Shown: positions 1 through 10,563, numbered from the whole stretch's first letter. The stretch is DNA of 63,974 bases, filler included, from Methanobacteriota archaeon (GCA_024860865.1; 6 parts of 6 records of this genome joined end to end with filler, not necessarily neighbours in it), one strand, 5' to 3'. Notes: a model not told the origin generated them from the letters alone. Program-made: numbers and translations.

Positions 1-1345
1 GATAAAGTATTTGAGCAAACATCAAATGTTGCGTGTTTGCCCGGCATTCAAAAGTTTTCTATTGCAATGCCCGATGCCCACTGGGGATTTTGATTAAGTT
101 TCTGCTTAATCGACTCCAAATGGTTTTCCAATAGGCGGCATTGCGGCATTTGACCCAAATGAAAACGGAATTATTAGTGTTGGGGGAGTGGGATTCGACG
201 TAAATTGTGGCGTCAGAGCTCTTAAGACTAATCTCGCATTATCTCAAGTGAGGCCAAAGATAAAAGAACTTGTTGACACTTTGTTTCAAATAGTACCAGC
301 TGGTTTAGGGTCAAGAGGAGAGATAATACTCAAAGGTAATCAGATTAATGATGTCCTCATTGATGGCGCTCAGTGGGCAGTTAAGCAAGGCTATGGTACA
401 GAGGATGATCTCGAACATACAGAGGAAAAAGGGAAAGTTCCAAAAGCTGATCCCGCAAACGTTAGCCAAACCGCAATAAAAAGAGAACAAGGCCAAGTAG
501 GAACATTAGGTTCTGGTAATCATTATTTAGAAATTCAATATGTTGATGAAGTTTATGATGAGGCAATTGCTAAACAATTTGGCTTATCTAAAGACCAAAT
601 TTTAGTTTCAATCCATTGTGGTTCAAGAGCTTTAGGCCATCAAATTGGAACTGATTATTTGAGAATTCTTGCAGATGCCGTGAGAAAATATAACATAAAA
701 ATAAAAGACAGAGAACTAGTTTGCGCGCCATTCAGTTCTGAGGAAGGACAAAGATATTTTTCTGCAACTAACTGCGCAATAAATTATGCATTTGCCAATA
801 GGCAAGTGATTGCGCATCTTGTTAGGAGGGGACTTAGCAAGGTATTTCCAGATGCTGAGGTAAAAACGCTCTATGATGTTGGGCATAATACAGCTAAATT
901 AGAAAAGCACGAGATAGATGGTAAATTAAAAGAAGTTATTGTGCATAGGAAAGGAGCTACTAGAGCGTTTGGTCCCGATAGGGAAGAAGTGCCTAAAGAT
1001 TACAAAAATGCTGGTCAACCAGTGCTCATTGGTGGCTCGATGGGGACGTATTCTTACATTTTAGCAGGAACTGCTGAAGGCGTGAAAAAAGCCTTTGGGA
1101 GCTCGTGCCATGGCGCCGGGCGGACAATGAGCAGAATTGCTGCCAAGAAAAAATATTGGGGAAGCACTTTAGTTAAAGAGTTAGAATCAAAGGGAATTTA
1201 CATAAGAGGCCACTCTATGTCGGGATTGGCTGAAGAAGCTCCAGATGCATATAAAGATGTTTCAGTTGTTGTAGATGCAACTCATGATGCAGGGGTAGCG
1301 AAAAAAGTCGCGCGGCTCAAACCTATGGGAAATGTTAAAGGTTAA
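1..1345 (+). CDS. rtcB: RtcB tRNA-splicing/RNA repair ligase, 5'-truncated; two exons join(<1..88,120..1345)
   Basis: Frame 1 from base 1 reads [29 protein letters not shown]. After removal of 89-119 it continues [12 protein letters not shown]...[27 protein letters not shown], so all RtcB motifs are intact. Confidence 0.96.
89..119 (+). other. Putative archaeal BHB-type mRNA intron (31 nt) in rtcB
   Basis: Helix GGGG(83-86)/CTCC(114-117), bulges AT^T(87-89) and AA^A(118-120), inner stem TTGATTAAG/CTTAATCGA. Splicing gives T|AT=Tyr and restores the frame; the unspliced frame hits TGA at 91-93. Confidence 0.85.
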
Positions 1346-1494
1346 ATTTTAGAATAGTGAAGTTTTATTTTTGTTTTTTTACTGTTTCAATGACTTTTTC
1401 CAGTGACTTTCTAAGATAAGTGGTACCATTCTATATCTCTTAATTTTGATGGATTAAGCTGTTTAAAGAGGCAAGAAAAAGAGGTGAGAATGTA

Positions 1495-1827
1495 ATGAAC
1501 AGAATAGATAGAATGGTTAGCAGAATGATAGATTTTGCATTAGAAAGACCAGGGTTAGCTCCAAGCAGGATTTTGATTGTTAGCTTAAGCAAGCGAACTT
1601 TAGAGAAAGTTTTAACTCCAAGCAGGATGGATTTGATAAGAATGATAAGAGAAAAGAGGCCAAAGTCTGTAGGAGAATTAGCCAAGCTAGTGAAAAGGCC
1701 AGTAGAGTCTGTATCAAGAGATTTAAGATTTTTGGAGAGTTATGGATTACTCTCTTTAGTTCAAGTAGGCAAAATTAAAAAACCAGAAATAGAAAAGGAC
1801 GTGTTAATGATTCCGTTAACTGCCTAG
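1495..1827 (+). CDS. HVO_A0114-like wHTH DNA-binding protein (antitoxin-like)
   Basis: LTPSRMDLIRMIREKRPKSVGELAKLVKRPVESVSRDLRFLE motif; GAGGTG SD upstream. Confidence 0.75.
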   Translation: MNRIDRMVSRMIDFALERPGLAPSRILIVSLSKRTLEKVLTPSRMDLIRMIREKRPKSVGELAKLVKRPVESVSRDLRFLESYGLLSLVQVGKIKKPEIEKDVLMIPLTA

Positions 1828-2038
1828 TGAGGGTATTGGAGAAATTAGGTTTCTAAAGAATTTGTCAAAAAGGCCACGTAAAATATACTTCCATACCTGG
1901 CGATGAAGAATTAAGTATTAGCATTAGTTTGCTTAGAGAAATTTACAAAAACTGATAAGACTGCAATGGAACTAGTTTTATCTATATCTAGAATTATATA
2001 TTTGTTACATACCTCCACCTGGCGATACACTAACGTTA

Positions 2039-2311
2039 ATGTATGTATGGAAAAAGAGAAATAAAAAACAAGAAGACCTTCTTGCTGCGCAAAGTATTAT
2101 ACGAATTATGTTTTTAGAAAGGGAAAAAGAGAAATTTCCTTCTAAGCGTTTGAGGTTTCCACATTTAGAAGAAGAAATAAAATTAATTGAGTTTGTGAGA
2201 AAGTTGAGCTATAAAGATTGTGAAAAAATTTTTGACCAGGTAAAGAATCTTGATAGAGAAGAACAGTTATCAATAGCTAAAAATTCTTTTGAAAACGAAA
2301 ATACGAATTAA
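2039..2311 (+). CDS. Hypothetical protein
   Basis: 90-aa ORF with no recognised motif. Confidence 0.4.
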   Translation: MYVWKKRNKKQEDLLAAQSIIRIMFLEREKEKFPSKRLRFPHLEEEIKLIEFVRKLSYKDCEKIFDQVKNLDREEQLSIAKNSFENENTN

Positions 2312-2332
2312 TAGGGCTTATTTTGGCAAAAT

Positions 2333-2725
2333 CTAGACCCTGCGCCCTCTTTTCCCCCCCTTCCTCCGTACACCATCATGGGGCACCGGTGTTGCGTCTT
2401 CAATCCTTCCGATTTTCAATCCGGCTCTAGCAAGAGCTCTGATCGCAGCTTGAGCACCAGGTCCAGGTGTCCTTGCCCCACTTCCGCCCGGGGCCCTAAC
2501 TTTTATGTGAACTCCAATCACTCCTTTTTCTTTTGCCTCGTGCGCAGCGCGACCTGCTGCTTGCATCGCAGCATATGGTGAAGATTCCTCTCTATCAGCT
2601 CTAACTACCATTCCGCCTGAACACCGAGCTATAGTTTCAGCGCCAGTTACATCGGTAATTGTGATCAGCGTATTGTTAAATGAAGAAAAGATGTTTGCAA
2701 TAGCCCACTTGCCTTTTTCAACCAT
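2333..2725 (-). CDS. rps11: 30S ribosomal protein S11
   Basis: [38 protein letters not shown]. Confidence 0.98.
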   Translation of the reverse strand: MVEKGKWAIANIFSSFNNTLITITDVTGAETIARCSGGMVVRADREESSPYAAMQAAGRAAHEAKEKGVIGVHIKVRAPGGSGARTPGPGAQAAIRALARAGLKIGRIEDATPVPHDGVRRKGGKRGRRV

Positions 2726-3291
2726 TACTCTTGTCCCTCACTTAATTCAGTTTCTTTAGCCTCTTCTACTGCTATGACTTTTGGCCTTTCCGGATGTTCT
2801 AAATTCTTTGATAATGGCGAATCAGAATGATAATTAATTTTTCCTTCCTCCTCGCGCAATACTAAATAACTTGGAACAGTTACTCCGTGGTCGCCAATAG
2901 AAATATGTCCGTGAACGATTAGTTGGCGAGCTTGGTTAATTGTTTTACACAAACCTTTTGCATAAACTAATGATTGCAATCTTCGGTTCAATATATTTTC
3001 ATTTTTTAATGCCAGAACATCATCAAGCATTGCTCCTTCCTCAAGAAGTCCAAGTCTAATTAACCTGCTCAAAAGTTGTTTAGTTTCAGTTTCTACTTCA
3101 GCGCCTGTCGCAGTGAGCAATCGTCTGGCATTTCTGCGGATTCTCCTCAGCATAGTTTCTAATCGCCAAATCTCCCTCTTACTCCTCAAGCCAAACTTCT
3201 GCATTAACCTTCGTTCTTCAGTTAAACGATCAGCTTGCCATGGGTGATGTGGTACTTCAAATTTTTTCTTAAGTTTTCTCGGGTCCCCCAA
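2725..3291 (-). CDS. rps4: 30S ribosomal protein S4
   Basis: [24 protein letters not shown]. Confidence 0.98.
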   Translation of the reverse strand: MGDPRKLKKKFEVPHHPWQADRLTEERRLMQKFGLRSKREIWRLETMLRRIRRNARRLLTATGAEVETETKQLLSRLIRLGLLEEGAMLDDVLALKNENILNRRLQSLVYAKGLCKTINQARQLIVHGHISIGDHGVTVPSYLVLREEEGKINYHSDSPLSKNLEHPERPKVIAVEEAKETELSEGQE

Positions 3292-3919
3292 TCTTTTGTC
3301 CTCCTACTTTTTTCTCAGGTTCTGCCTTTTTTTCAGCTTTTTTTTCAGCGGGCGTGGGTGCTGTAGGTGCAGGTGTTGGTTTTTTCTCCGGTATTTTTCC
3401 TTTCTTTTCAACAGGCGCGGCGGCAGGCGGTGGAGCTGGGCCCTCTTTAGCTTTTCTTTTAACTCCAACTGTCATACCAGTGCGACCAGTTGATCTTGTT
3501 CTTTGGCCACGAACCTTCAAACCAAGCTCATGGCGAATTCCTTTATAACTTCGAGTCTTTCTCATAAAATCTATATCGCCGCGAACCGATACTAACCAGT
3601 CAGAACCAATCAAGTGCAAATGTTTTCCTTCTAAAATGCTCTTCTGATGGTCAAGCAACCATGGAGGAATTTTATATTCAGCAAAATTTGCAATAACTTT
3701 ATCAAGCTTTTCAATATTTTTCTCAGAGAGGTTTCCCAATTTTTCATCGGGATTAACCTCAGCAAGAAGTGCTGCAATTCTTCCAGTTCTAAACCCAATG
3801 CCCTTTATCTTGCTCAGAGCAAGCCACACTTTTTTATTACCATCTAAGTCTGTGCCTGCAATTCTCACTATGTACTTAAATTCTTCACCGACTTTTGTTT
3901 CAGCCTTAGTTTCTTCCAA
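3269..3919 (-). CDS. rps13: 30S ribosomal protein S13 with a Pro/Lys/Ala-rich C-terminal tail
   Basis: IVRIAGTDLDG, SYKGIRHELGLKVRGQRTRSTGR. Confidence 0.97.
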   Translation of the reverse strand: MEETKAETKVGEEFKYIVRIAGTDLDGNKKVWLALSKIKGIGFRTGRIAALLAEVNPDEKLGNLSEKNIEKLDKVIANFAEYKIPPWLLDHQKSILEGKHLHLIGSDWLVSVRGDIDFMRKTRSYKGIRHELGLKVRGQRTRSTGRTGMTVGVKRKAKEGPAPPPAAAPVEKKGKIPEKKPTPAPTAPTPAEKKAEKKAEPEKKVGGQKIGGPEKT

Positions 3920-4238
3920 ATTTATACCTCAAATCAAGACCCCAGTTAGAATTAGAACTCTGGATTTCCAAAGTCCAGCAAATCCCTCTTTTTATCCTTT
4001 TCTCCAGTATATTAAAGATTTCGCTAATTAAGCGTTTTGGAGCCTACTAGAAACAAAAGTGGCAATAAAGCCGTATGTTCGCAGTTCCAAAAGCTAGCGC
4101 TGCACTGGGGTTTAAGTTCGCCCAGCGTTCATTATCAACAGTGATTCAGCATCTTTTAGAATTTTCCTAGAACGGCTTTAGTCCTTGAGAACCCTTAAAA
4201 ATTTCTCCGACCTTAAACTAAATTTTGGCCAACAAAGG

Positions 4239-4338
4239 CGCCGGGGTTGGGATTTGAACCCAAGAGTCCCATAAGGGACACGGGATCTCTGTATTCATCA
4301 TGCTCCAATCCCGCGCATTTCCACTCTGCCACCCCGGC
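4239..4338 (-). tRNA. tRNA-Ser(GGA) with a 16-nt intron at 37/38 (4287-4302)
   Basis: GCCGGGG/CCCCGGC acceptor, G discriminator, long variable arm, GTTCAAATC T-loop; anticodon loop TTGGAG|A. Confidence 0.9.
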
Positions 4339-4557
4339 ACAAATTTTTACGATAACATTTGTTTTATCCGTTCTTAATATTTCCGGTTTAGACAAAATAT
4401 CCTTCTTTTAGCTAAATTAGAACTTGATTAAAAAAATTTTCTAAAAACTATAAAATAGACTAAAGTTGATTTGAATAAATGTTAAAACTTTTTTGGGGTT
4501 GAAATGCAAAAAATAAAAAAAGCTAGTGGGCTGGCAACAGAGCAATAAGCGACACTT

Positions 4558-5568
4558 CTACTTCCCCCACATTCGCGGATAGGTTCCTGGCAACATAATA
4601 ACTCTTTCAGTCCTAATCGCAATCCCTTTATTTAACTCAATAATCTGGTCGGTTGTTAACTCACTTCGACCCAATGATATTAATTCATTCTTTAAGGTGA
4701 ATACGGCAACAAAATCATCTCTTTTTATTCCAGTTTCAGCTTGCAAAATTCCGGGTACTGCTAGATGGGCACCATGGCAAATGGCATCAACAGCTGAGTC
4801 TCTAACTGTGACTCGTGGCAGATGTTGAACAGTTTTTTCAAGCGGCTGAATAATTTTTTTCAAAAATTTTTCTTCGCCATCTTCTTTCCAAAAATGATAC
4901 GAGTCCATTAACTCATGAAGTTTAGTTAAAGTTTCATCCTCTTTAAATGGACCTGTTTGAGTCCTTCTAAGCTCTGCCATATGTGCGCTAACGCCAAGTG
5001 CTTCTCCCACATCATGTGTAAGCTTTCGGAGGTATGTTCCTGCCTCACAGCCAACTCTAAGCAAAACATCTTTTTCAATTATTTCGAGCACATCAATATA
5101 GTATATCTTTCTTGGCCGAATTTGTCTTTTAACAGCAGCTCTGATGGGGGGCTTCTGAAGAATAGTCCCAGTAAATTCTCTGCAAACTTCTTTGATGCTA
5201 GCTTCGCTTGCATGTTCGTGTAAGTGCATTACACAAATGTATTCTTTCCCTGCTGATAACAAAGTTTGAATGACTTTTGTAGCATCCTCAAGGGCAGTCG
5301 GTAGAACTCCGCTAACATTTGGGTCTAAGGTGCCGCCATGGCCCGCTTTCTTTAAGCTTAAAATTCTTTTAACCCAAGCAACTACTTCATGTGAAGTTGG
5401 GCCACGGGGTTTGTCAAGGTTGATAACCCCTTTTTTAATGTGCTCTTCAATTGCTCTATTCTCTGGGGGGCAGCCGTACTTTGGGTCGGTGCTTTCTTCG
5501 GCTTTTATTAGAATTTCTCTTCCTTTCTTTTCAAATGGCAATTGGTTGGTCATAAAATCTCCGTTCAC
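4558..5568 (-). CDS. cbf5: H/ACA pseudouridine synthase Cbf5 (TruB family)
   Basis: LDKPRGPTSHEV, GHGGTLDP, C-terminal PUA domain. Confidence 0.97.
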   Translation of the reverse strand: MNGDFMTNQLPFEKKGREILIKAEESTDPKYGCPPENRAIEEHIKKGVINLDKPRGPTSHEVVAWVKRILSLKKAGHGGTLDPNVSGVLPTALEDATKVIQTLLSAGKEYICVMHLHEHASEASIKEVCREFTGTILQKPPIRAAVKRQIRPRKIYYIDVLEIIEKDVLLRVGCEAGTYLRKLTHDVGEALGVSAHMAELRRTQTGPFKEDETLTKLHELMDSYHFWKEDGEEKFLKKIIQPLEKTVQHLPRVTVRDSAVDAICHGAHLAVPGILQAETGIKRDDFVAVFTLKNELISLGRSELTTDQIIELNKGIAIRTERVIMLPGTYPRMWGK

Positions 5569-5594
5569 GTCGAGTTAGCTTTAATGAAAAAACA

Positions 5595-5981
5595 TCAGTT
5601 GACTTGTAGCTCACCTTCGATTATCTTTAAAATCCGAAAGATATCGATAAACTCATGCTTAAAAACGCCTTTGGTATCATGCATATGGTAGGGAAAGGTG
5701 GGAAGCTCTCGGTGATGCGGTGCGTTATCCCATCTCTTTTTTAATTTTCCATTTATATCCTGCCAGTGGAACCTGTACTTCTGAACCTGAAGCTCTTTGT
5801 CAAAAGTTGCGTACACAAATATTTCGAGGATATCGCCGTTTAACAGAACAGCTCTTACTCGAAGGAATCCTTCGAATTCCTTTACCAACTCATCCTCTAC
5901 AGAATAAGACTTCACGGCAGGAGATAGAATTAGTGCACTTTTAATTTCTGAAAAGTATTCGGCGATGGACACGCTATGCAC
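5595..5981 (-). CDS. DUF6516/TumE-like putative toxin
   Basis: YRFHWQD...RWDNAPHH..LPTFPYHMH signature. Confidence 0.75.
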   Translation of the reverse strand: MHSVSIAEYFSEIKSALILSPAVKSYSVEDELVKEFEGFLRVRAVLLNGDILEIFVYATFDKELQVQKYRFHWQDINGKLKKRWDNAPHHRELPTFPYHMHDTKGVFKHEFIDIFRILKIIEGELQVN

Positions 5982-6282
5982 TCTTTATTGCCTTCAGCCT
6001 GCCTTCGACTCTCTCTGCCATATCCAAAAGGGAAGCCCACTGAACAAAGTTAACTTCGTCGCCAAGCTCTCCGGCATTGTATTTTTTCAAAAAATCCTTG
6101 GAGGATATTTTATATTTTTTTTCAAATTCCTTCAATTTGCTCTTTATATCCTTCAGATCCCTTTCGAGACTTTCTATTTTATATAATGCAAGCTTCTCAA
6201 TGGTTTTAATTACTACTTTATCCTCTAAGCCCAGTTTCGCCAGTTCCTCTAACAATTTTATTTTTGAAAGAGCATCCGCCAA
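5974..6282 (-). CDS. Putative antitoxin partner of the DUF6516 protein
   Basis: LKEFEKKYKISSKDFLKKYNAGELGD..FVQW motif; overlaps the downstream gene. Confidence 0.65.
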   Translation of the reverse strand: MADALSKIKLLEELAKLGLEDKVVIKTIEKLALYKIESLERDLKDIKSKLKEFEKKYKISSKDFLKKYNAGELGDEVNFVQWASLLDMAERVEGRLKAIKSA

Positions 6283-6529
6283 TGTAACCCACCTAAGAAG
6301 CTGTATTTAACACATTATATAAATTTGTTCGCTTCAGTAGCATTAAGTTTAGGCCATGTGAAATATTTTAGATATCACAATGATTTGAACATTTCAATAT
6401 TGTTTTTCAAATGATAATCTCTCTGCCTTTGTGTTAAGAGTGTGTATCAGTAGTACAGAAAGCCTTCGGCGTATTAAGGTATATTGCATCTCAATATAAC
6501 TGACTAGGCTAAAAAAGTCCTCCAGTGAA

Positions 6530-6787
6530 TCATTTTTCTTCTAATAATCCAATCTTTTTAAGAGCCTTAACAACCTCCTCATCCGAGGCTCCCACTTTAA
6601 TATCGATTTTTTGAGGTGTCGGCTCTAAGTGCCTAATATTAACTTTCCTCCGTTTAACTCCACTCACATCCTTTGGTCCCGTTACTAAGACAAAGTTTTC
6701 ATTAACAAAATCAACTAAAACGCATTGCTTTCCAGCTTCATGCCCGGATGTTTTTACGCAAATTCTGCCTATTTCAATTGCCGCCAT
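6530..6787 (-). CDS. rpl14e: 50S ribosomal protein L14e
   Basis: IEIGRICVK.GHEAGK, VTGPK..SGVKRR.VNIRHLEPT. Confidence 0.96.
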   Translation of the reverse strand: MAAIEIGRICVKTSGHEAGKQCVLVDFVNENFVLVTGPKDVSGVKRRKVNIRHLEPTPQKIDIKVGASDEEVVKALKKIGLLEEK

Positions 6788-6811
6788 ATCTTCTCCCTTT
6801 AAGTTGAGTGG

Positions 6812-7363
6812 TTATTCAGGTAATGTGCGCTCTATTGCAAATTTTATTGGAACGCTTAGGATCTCAGCTATTTGGTTAGAATTCCACCTCACCGTATCTA
6901 TCACCAAGTCATAAATATTTAAGTTATCAACTTCAACTCCATAGATTTCTTTATACCGCTTTGCTTCGCTTTTATCTCTAATTTTTGTTTCATTAAGCAC
7001 TTCTTCATAACTCCTCTTTTCGCGCTGAGCAATTCTTTTTGCCCTAACTTCGAGGGGGGCCTTTAGGCAAACTCGCAAATGTGCAATATCGCGCACCATC
7101 CATCCTGATAATCGGCCCTCTAATACAACATTTCCTTTTTTCGCAAGCTCGATTTGCCGTCTGTCAATTTCTCTATCGATATTTGGTTCATTTTCAGCAA
7201 GTTCGCTAAACTTAAGTAGTGAAAGGTTTTGCCCACTTGCCATTTGGCGAAAAATTTCGCCTGCTGATACGTACTGAAGTTTAAATTTCTCAGCAATTGT
7301 TTTTGCAACCGTAGTTTTTCCACTACCTGCTGGACCACTAATAGCAATAATTACTCCGCCCAT
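6812..7363 (-). CDS. cmk: Cytidylate kinase
   Basis: GPAGSGKTT P-loop, LEGRLSGW; conserved position in the cluster. Confidence 0.95.
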   Translation of the reverse strand: MGGVIIAISGPAGSGKTTVAKTIAEKFKLQYVSAGEIFRQMASGQNLSLLKFSELAENEPNIDREIDRRQIELAKKGNVVLEGRLSGWMVRDIAHLRVCLKAPLEVRAKRIAQREKRSYEEVLNETKIRDKSEAKRYKEIYGVEVDNLNIYDLVIDTVRWNSNQIAEILSVPIKFAIERTLPE

Positions 7364-7365
7364 GA

Positions 7366-7650
7366 TCAGGGCCCCATTACAATAGAACGCACTTTTTGTT
7401 TAATCATACGCCGCATGCAAATAGGGCAGAGATTTCCACCGTAAGGCCTGTTTGGTCTTCGATTACTTTTTGAAAATTTTAAAACTTCATCACTCCTTGG
7501 AACCGCACTCAGTGGGCGACCACAGACCCCGCATATGGGCGCCCCTACCTTTTTTGCTTTATAATGAGTAACGGTTTTTCCACCTGGAGTCTTTCGTTGA
7601 ACTTTTTTCATAGTTCTAGATCGATAGCGCGGAGCAGGAATTTTAACCAC
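7366..7650 (-). CDS. rpl34e: 50S ribosomal protein L34e
   Basis: RKTPGG, CGVCG, RPNRPYGGNLC. Confidence 0.96.
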   Translation of the reverse strand: MVKIPAPRYRSRTMKKVQRKTPGGKTVTHYKAKKVGAPICGVCGRPLSAVPRSDEVLKFSKSNRRPNRPYGGNLCPICMRRMIKQKVRSIVMGP

Positions 7651-8148
7651 CTACTGCACTTTAAGTACTTTCCTAAAAATTGTAACAGGAGCTGCTGAAC
7701 AAACGATATACCAGCCTAGCCAGCCAAGGCTACCTCCAAGCCAAGGTAAAGTGAAAGGCAGTTGGACAACAATTGGCAGGCCTCCATACTTATAACCCAG
7801 ATAAAAGAAAATGACTGGGAATAATAAAAAAGTAACCATCCAAACTTTCATCATTTCCTTAAAGTATTTTTTTTGCAATTGCATCATTCTTTGGCTATCT
7901 TTATCTGCTTTTTTCACTGCACTAAAATCCTTAGCCTTTCTTGCTTCTCGCATTTTTTTGTAGAAACTTTGTTGCTGTTTTTTAAATTCAGCCACTAGAG
8001 TTTGGTCAATTAGCACTTTGTTGAGAAGCATAAGAATAAAGGATGCGGCTAATGCAACTACGAGAATAGTATATACTGGCGGAATACTTGGCAATGGCGA
8101 GATTATAGTATCGATTAACCGGAAAATAGGCTCAAGCATTTTTATCAC
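7651..8148 (-). CDS. DUF106 / EMC3-TMCO1 (Oxa1 superfamily) membrane protein
   Basis: TM, coiled coil, TM, GWLGWYIVCS; lies between adk and rpl34e. Confidence 0.88.
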   Translation of the reverse strand: MIKMLEPIFRLIDTIISPLPSIPPVYTILVVALAASFILMLLNKVLIDQTLVAEFKKQQQSFYKKMREARKAKDFSAVKKADKDSQRMMQLQKKYFKEMMKVWMVTFLLFPVIFFYLGYKYGGLPIVVQLPFTLPWLGGSLGWLGWYIVCSAAPVTIFRKVLKVQ

Positions 8149-8738
8149 TATCGCAGAGCCATTAACATTTGTTGAATAGCCTCATCAATTTTTCCATCGT
8201 TGTTTTTAATTATTTTTACAGTTGCACCACACAAAGCAGCATACGCCATGGCAGCCGCTCTGCTTGCAACAATATGTTCTTGAATCGACTCAAGTGATTC
8301 CGCATCTCTAAACCTAGTTTGATCTTTCGCACGCCGCCGTGCAATCTCTTCCGGATCTGCTTCGATTAAAACGATTACATTTGGTTGAAGTTCATCTAAA
8401 ACCCACTTAGGTAAACCAGGTAAAAAACCTTCGGGTGTTTTAATGACGCTGTGGGTATCAACTATAATTGGATTTGTTTCAGCCATAATTGCAATACTTT
8501 TCCCGGCCATCCTTTGCACATCGCGCTGAACCTTTGCTGGCAATTTACGTAAGCCATCTCTATGTTCAACAAGTTTTCGTTCTTTTGCTACGTTTAACAT
8601 TACATCCCCATAATTTACAACTTGGTATTGAATGCCTTCTTGCCTAACTTGTTCAATAGACCCTTTCATTACTGTGCTTTTACCAACACCTGGCAACCCT
8701 GTAACAACGACAACTTTAAAGCGATTGTGAGCTGCCAA
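8148..8738 (-). CDS. adkA: Archaeal adenylate kinase
   Basis: GLPGVGKST, IVDTH, GFLPGLP. Confidence 0.96.
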   Translation of the reverse strand: MAAHNRFKVVVVTGLPGVGKSTVMKGSIEQVRQEGIQYQVVNYGDVMLNVAKERKLVEHRDGLRKLPAKVQRDVQRMAGKSIAIMAETNPIIVDTHSVIKTPEGFLPGLPKWVLDELQPNVIVLIEADPEEIARRRAKDQTRFRDAESLESIQEHIVASRAAAMAYAALCGATVKIIKNNDGKIDEAIQQMLMALR

Positions 8739-8746
8739 ATTACCAC

Positions 8747-10126
8747 CTATTCAAAGAACCTTCGAATGGCAGGTTGCATTTCCATAACATAGTGTGAAGC
8801 CATGTCTTCATAAAGCCTGTACAAAATACCAACTGTTAAAAGAATACCTGTCCCGCCACCGAGTGCTCCTAAGAAATCAGCTCCAGCTGCTAAGAGCCCA
8901 ATAGCAGCACCGCCGATTATAGTGACAGTCGGAATATATCTCTCAAGCACGCGTTCTATTACTCGAGGATCCCTTCGAAATCCAGGTATTTGCAAACCAG
9001 TTTGCTGGAGTTGTTTGGCTACAGCCTTTGGTCCCATGTTGGTTGTTTCAACCCAGAAAATAGCAAACATAGCTGCAAAAGCAACCATTGCTATGAGATA
9101 ACACATGGCTCTTATAGGATCTCCGAAAACCATGTCTACGCCATGGACTGGGTAAAGATAATATACCACGCCACTGAGCGGCCTATTTCCTCCTATATCA
9201 AATCCTCCAAGTATTGGATAGCCCGTTCTTTGGAAGACCATACCCCAGAGTTGAATATTCCAAAGTAATGCTGACCCTAATATCACAGGAATATTGCTTG
9301 TGTAGAGAAGTTTGATTGGATATCTCCCTCGAATTCCATATTGTGTATAGGCGAGCGGAACTTCAACGCGAACGCTCTCAAAATAAACTACTATACAAAA
9401 TACAATTAACACGCCTAGTAATGGGTAAACAACAACACTTGGATTAACTGCTTCTCCAGTAACAATAGAATTGATTAGCTGATATATACGACCCGGTGCT
9501 GGAGCCCCTGGGGTCTCTGGAACTGGATTAAATGCTCCAACCATTATATTCTGTGCAACTCCAGCTACTATGAACAATCCTACACCCGATCCAATTCCCC
9601 ACTTTGAAACAACTTCATCCATATAGATAATCAAAATGCCGCCCATTGCTACTTGAAGCAAAATTATAGACTGCAGCATGCTCAGACTAATTCCGAGGGT
9701 TGGCTCGGGTTGAAACATCCCTAAATAAACTTGCGGCATTGCTTCTACTACGCAAAATACCATTGCTAAAAGCTTTTGAGTGCTCTGAAAGATTGCTCTA
9801 TCTTTTGGATTAGAGAGATCCAAGCCAATTAATTTTGCACCAACAAAAAGTTGCATAACAATTGATGATGTGACTATTGGGCCAATACCTAAAGAGACGA
9901 TGGAGTCCCCTCTACCACCTAATATAGCGCGAACATGTTCAAAATAATCAACAGCACCTTTCTGTAACCCAAAAATACGAGTTTGCATCAAGATAAAATA
10001 AATAAATAAAATTAATGCGGTCCATTTCATTCTCTCATAAAAGGATACTCGAGCAACTGGACGAGAAACGCCAGGGATGAGCTTCAAAAGCGGTTCAAGC
10101 TTTCTCAGAACTGACATTAGATTCAC
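8747..10126 (-). CDS. secY: Preprotein translocase SecY
   Basis: [42 protein letters not shown]. Confidence 0.98.
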   Translation of the reverse strand: MNLMSVLRKLEPLLKLIPGVSRPVARVSFYERMKWTALILFIYFILMQTRIFGLQKGAVDYFEHVRAILGGRGDSIVSLGIGPIVTSSIVMQLFVGAKLIGLDLSNPKDRAIFQSTQKLLAMVFCVVEAMPQVYLGMFQPEPTLGISLSMLQSIILLQVAMGGILIIYMDEVVSKWGIGSGVGLFIVAGVAQNIMVGAFNPVPETPGAPAPGRIYQLINSIVTGEAVNPSVVVYPLLGVLIVFCIVVYFESVRVEVPLAYTQYGIRGRYPIKLLYTSNIPVILGSALLWNIQLWGMVFQRTGYPILGGFDIGGNRPLSGVVYYLYPVHGVDMVFGDPIRAMCYLIAMVAFAAMFAIFWVETTNMGPKAVAKQLQQTGLQIPGFRRDPRVIERVLERYIPTVTIIGGAAIGLLAAGADFLGALGGGTGILLTVGILYRLYEDMASHYVMEMQPAIRRFFE

Positions 10127-10562
10127 CTAGGACTATTGCTTTACCCCCGCCCTTCTCTAATTTTTCTATGGCTAGCTTTGAGAACTCTGGTGCCTTAACC
10201 ACCAATGGCTTAGTTATTTTGCCGCTGCCCAATACTTTCGTCAAGTTGAGCACAGTTATATCAACTATAATTTCATCATTTTCTTTTTGAGCAAGTCCTT
10301 GTTGAACTAAAATTTCAGCAATTTGATCAAGTTGACTTAGATTAACTGCCATTGGAACTTTTATTAGCTCCAAGGGTCTTTGGAAACCGTGTTTCCCAAA
10401 GTGGTTTGGGATGTTTTTTATGATCCAACTCCACTTATGTTTGTGTCCACCAGCCATTCCGCGGCCGCCTCGACTTCCACCACCGCGATGCTTTTTATGG
10501 GAACCATATCCCATTGTTCGGTGGCCGCGCATCTTTCGTATTTTTCTTGTTTTGCGGATCAT
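10095..10562 (-). CDS. rpl15: 50S ribosomal protein L15
   Basis: [25 protein letters not shown]. Confidence 0.97.
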   Translation of the reverse strand: MIRKTRKIRKMRGHRTMGYGSHKKHRGGGSRGGRGMAGGHKHKWSWIIKNIPNHFGKHGFQRPLELIKVPMAVNLSQLDQIAEILVQQGLAQKENDEIIVDITVLNLTKVLGSGKITKPLVVKAPEFSKLAIEKLEKGGGKAIVLGESNVSSEKA

Positions 10563-10563
10563 T

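Noticed and set aside
91-93. TGA in rtcB read as selenocysteine, readthrough or simple pseudogenisation
   Set aside because: Readthrough would not fix the frame shift. Precise removal of 31 nt does, and the rest of the gene is undamaged.
188-215. Intein at the usual RtcB GxDxNC site
   Set aside because: GFDVNCGVR is continuous with no insertion
4287-4302. C/D box guide RNA in the tRNA-Ser intron (ATGATGA)
   Set aside because: The intron is only 16 nt and has no D box
4213-4395. 60-aa ORF
   Set aside because: It overlaps tRNA-Ser and is spurious
5315-5350. Crenarchaeal-type intron in cbf5
   Set aside because: AGHGGTLDPNVSG is uninterrupted and the ORF is full length
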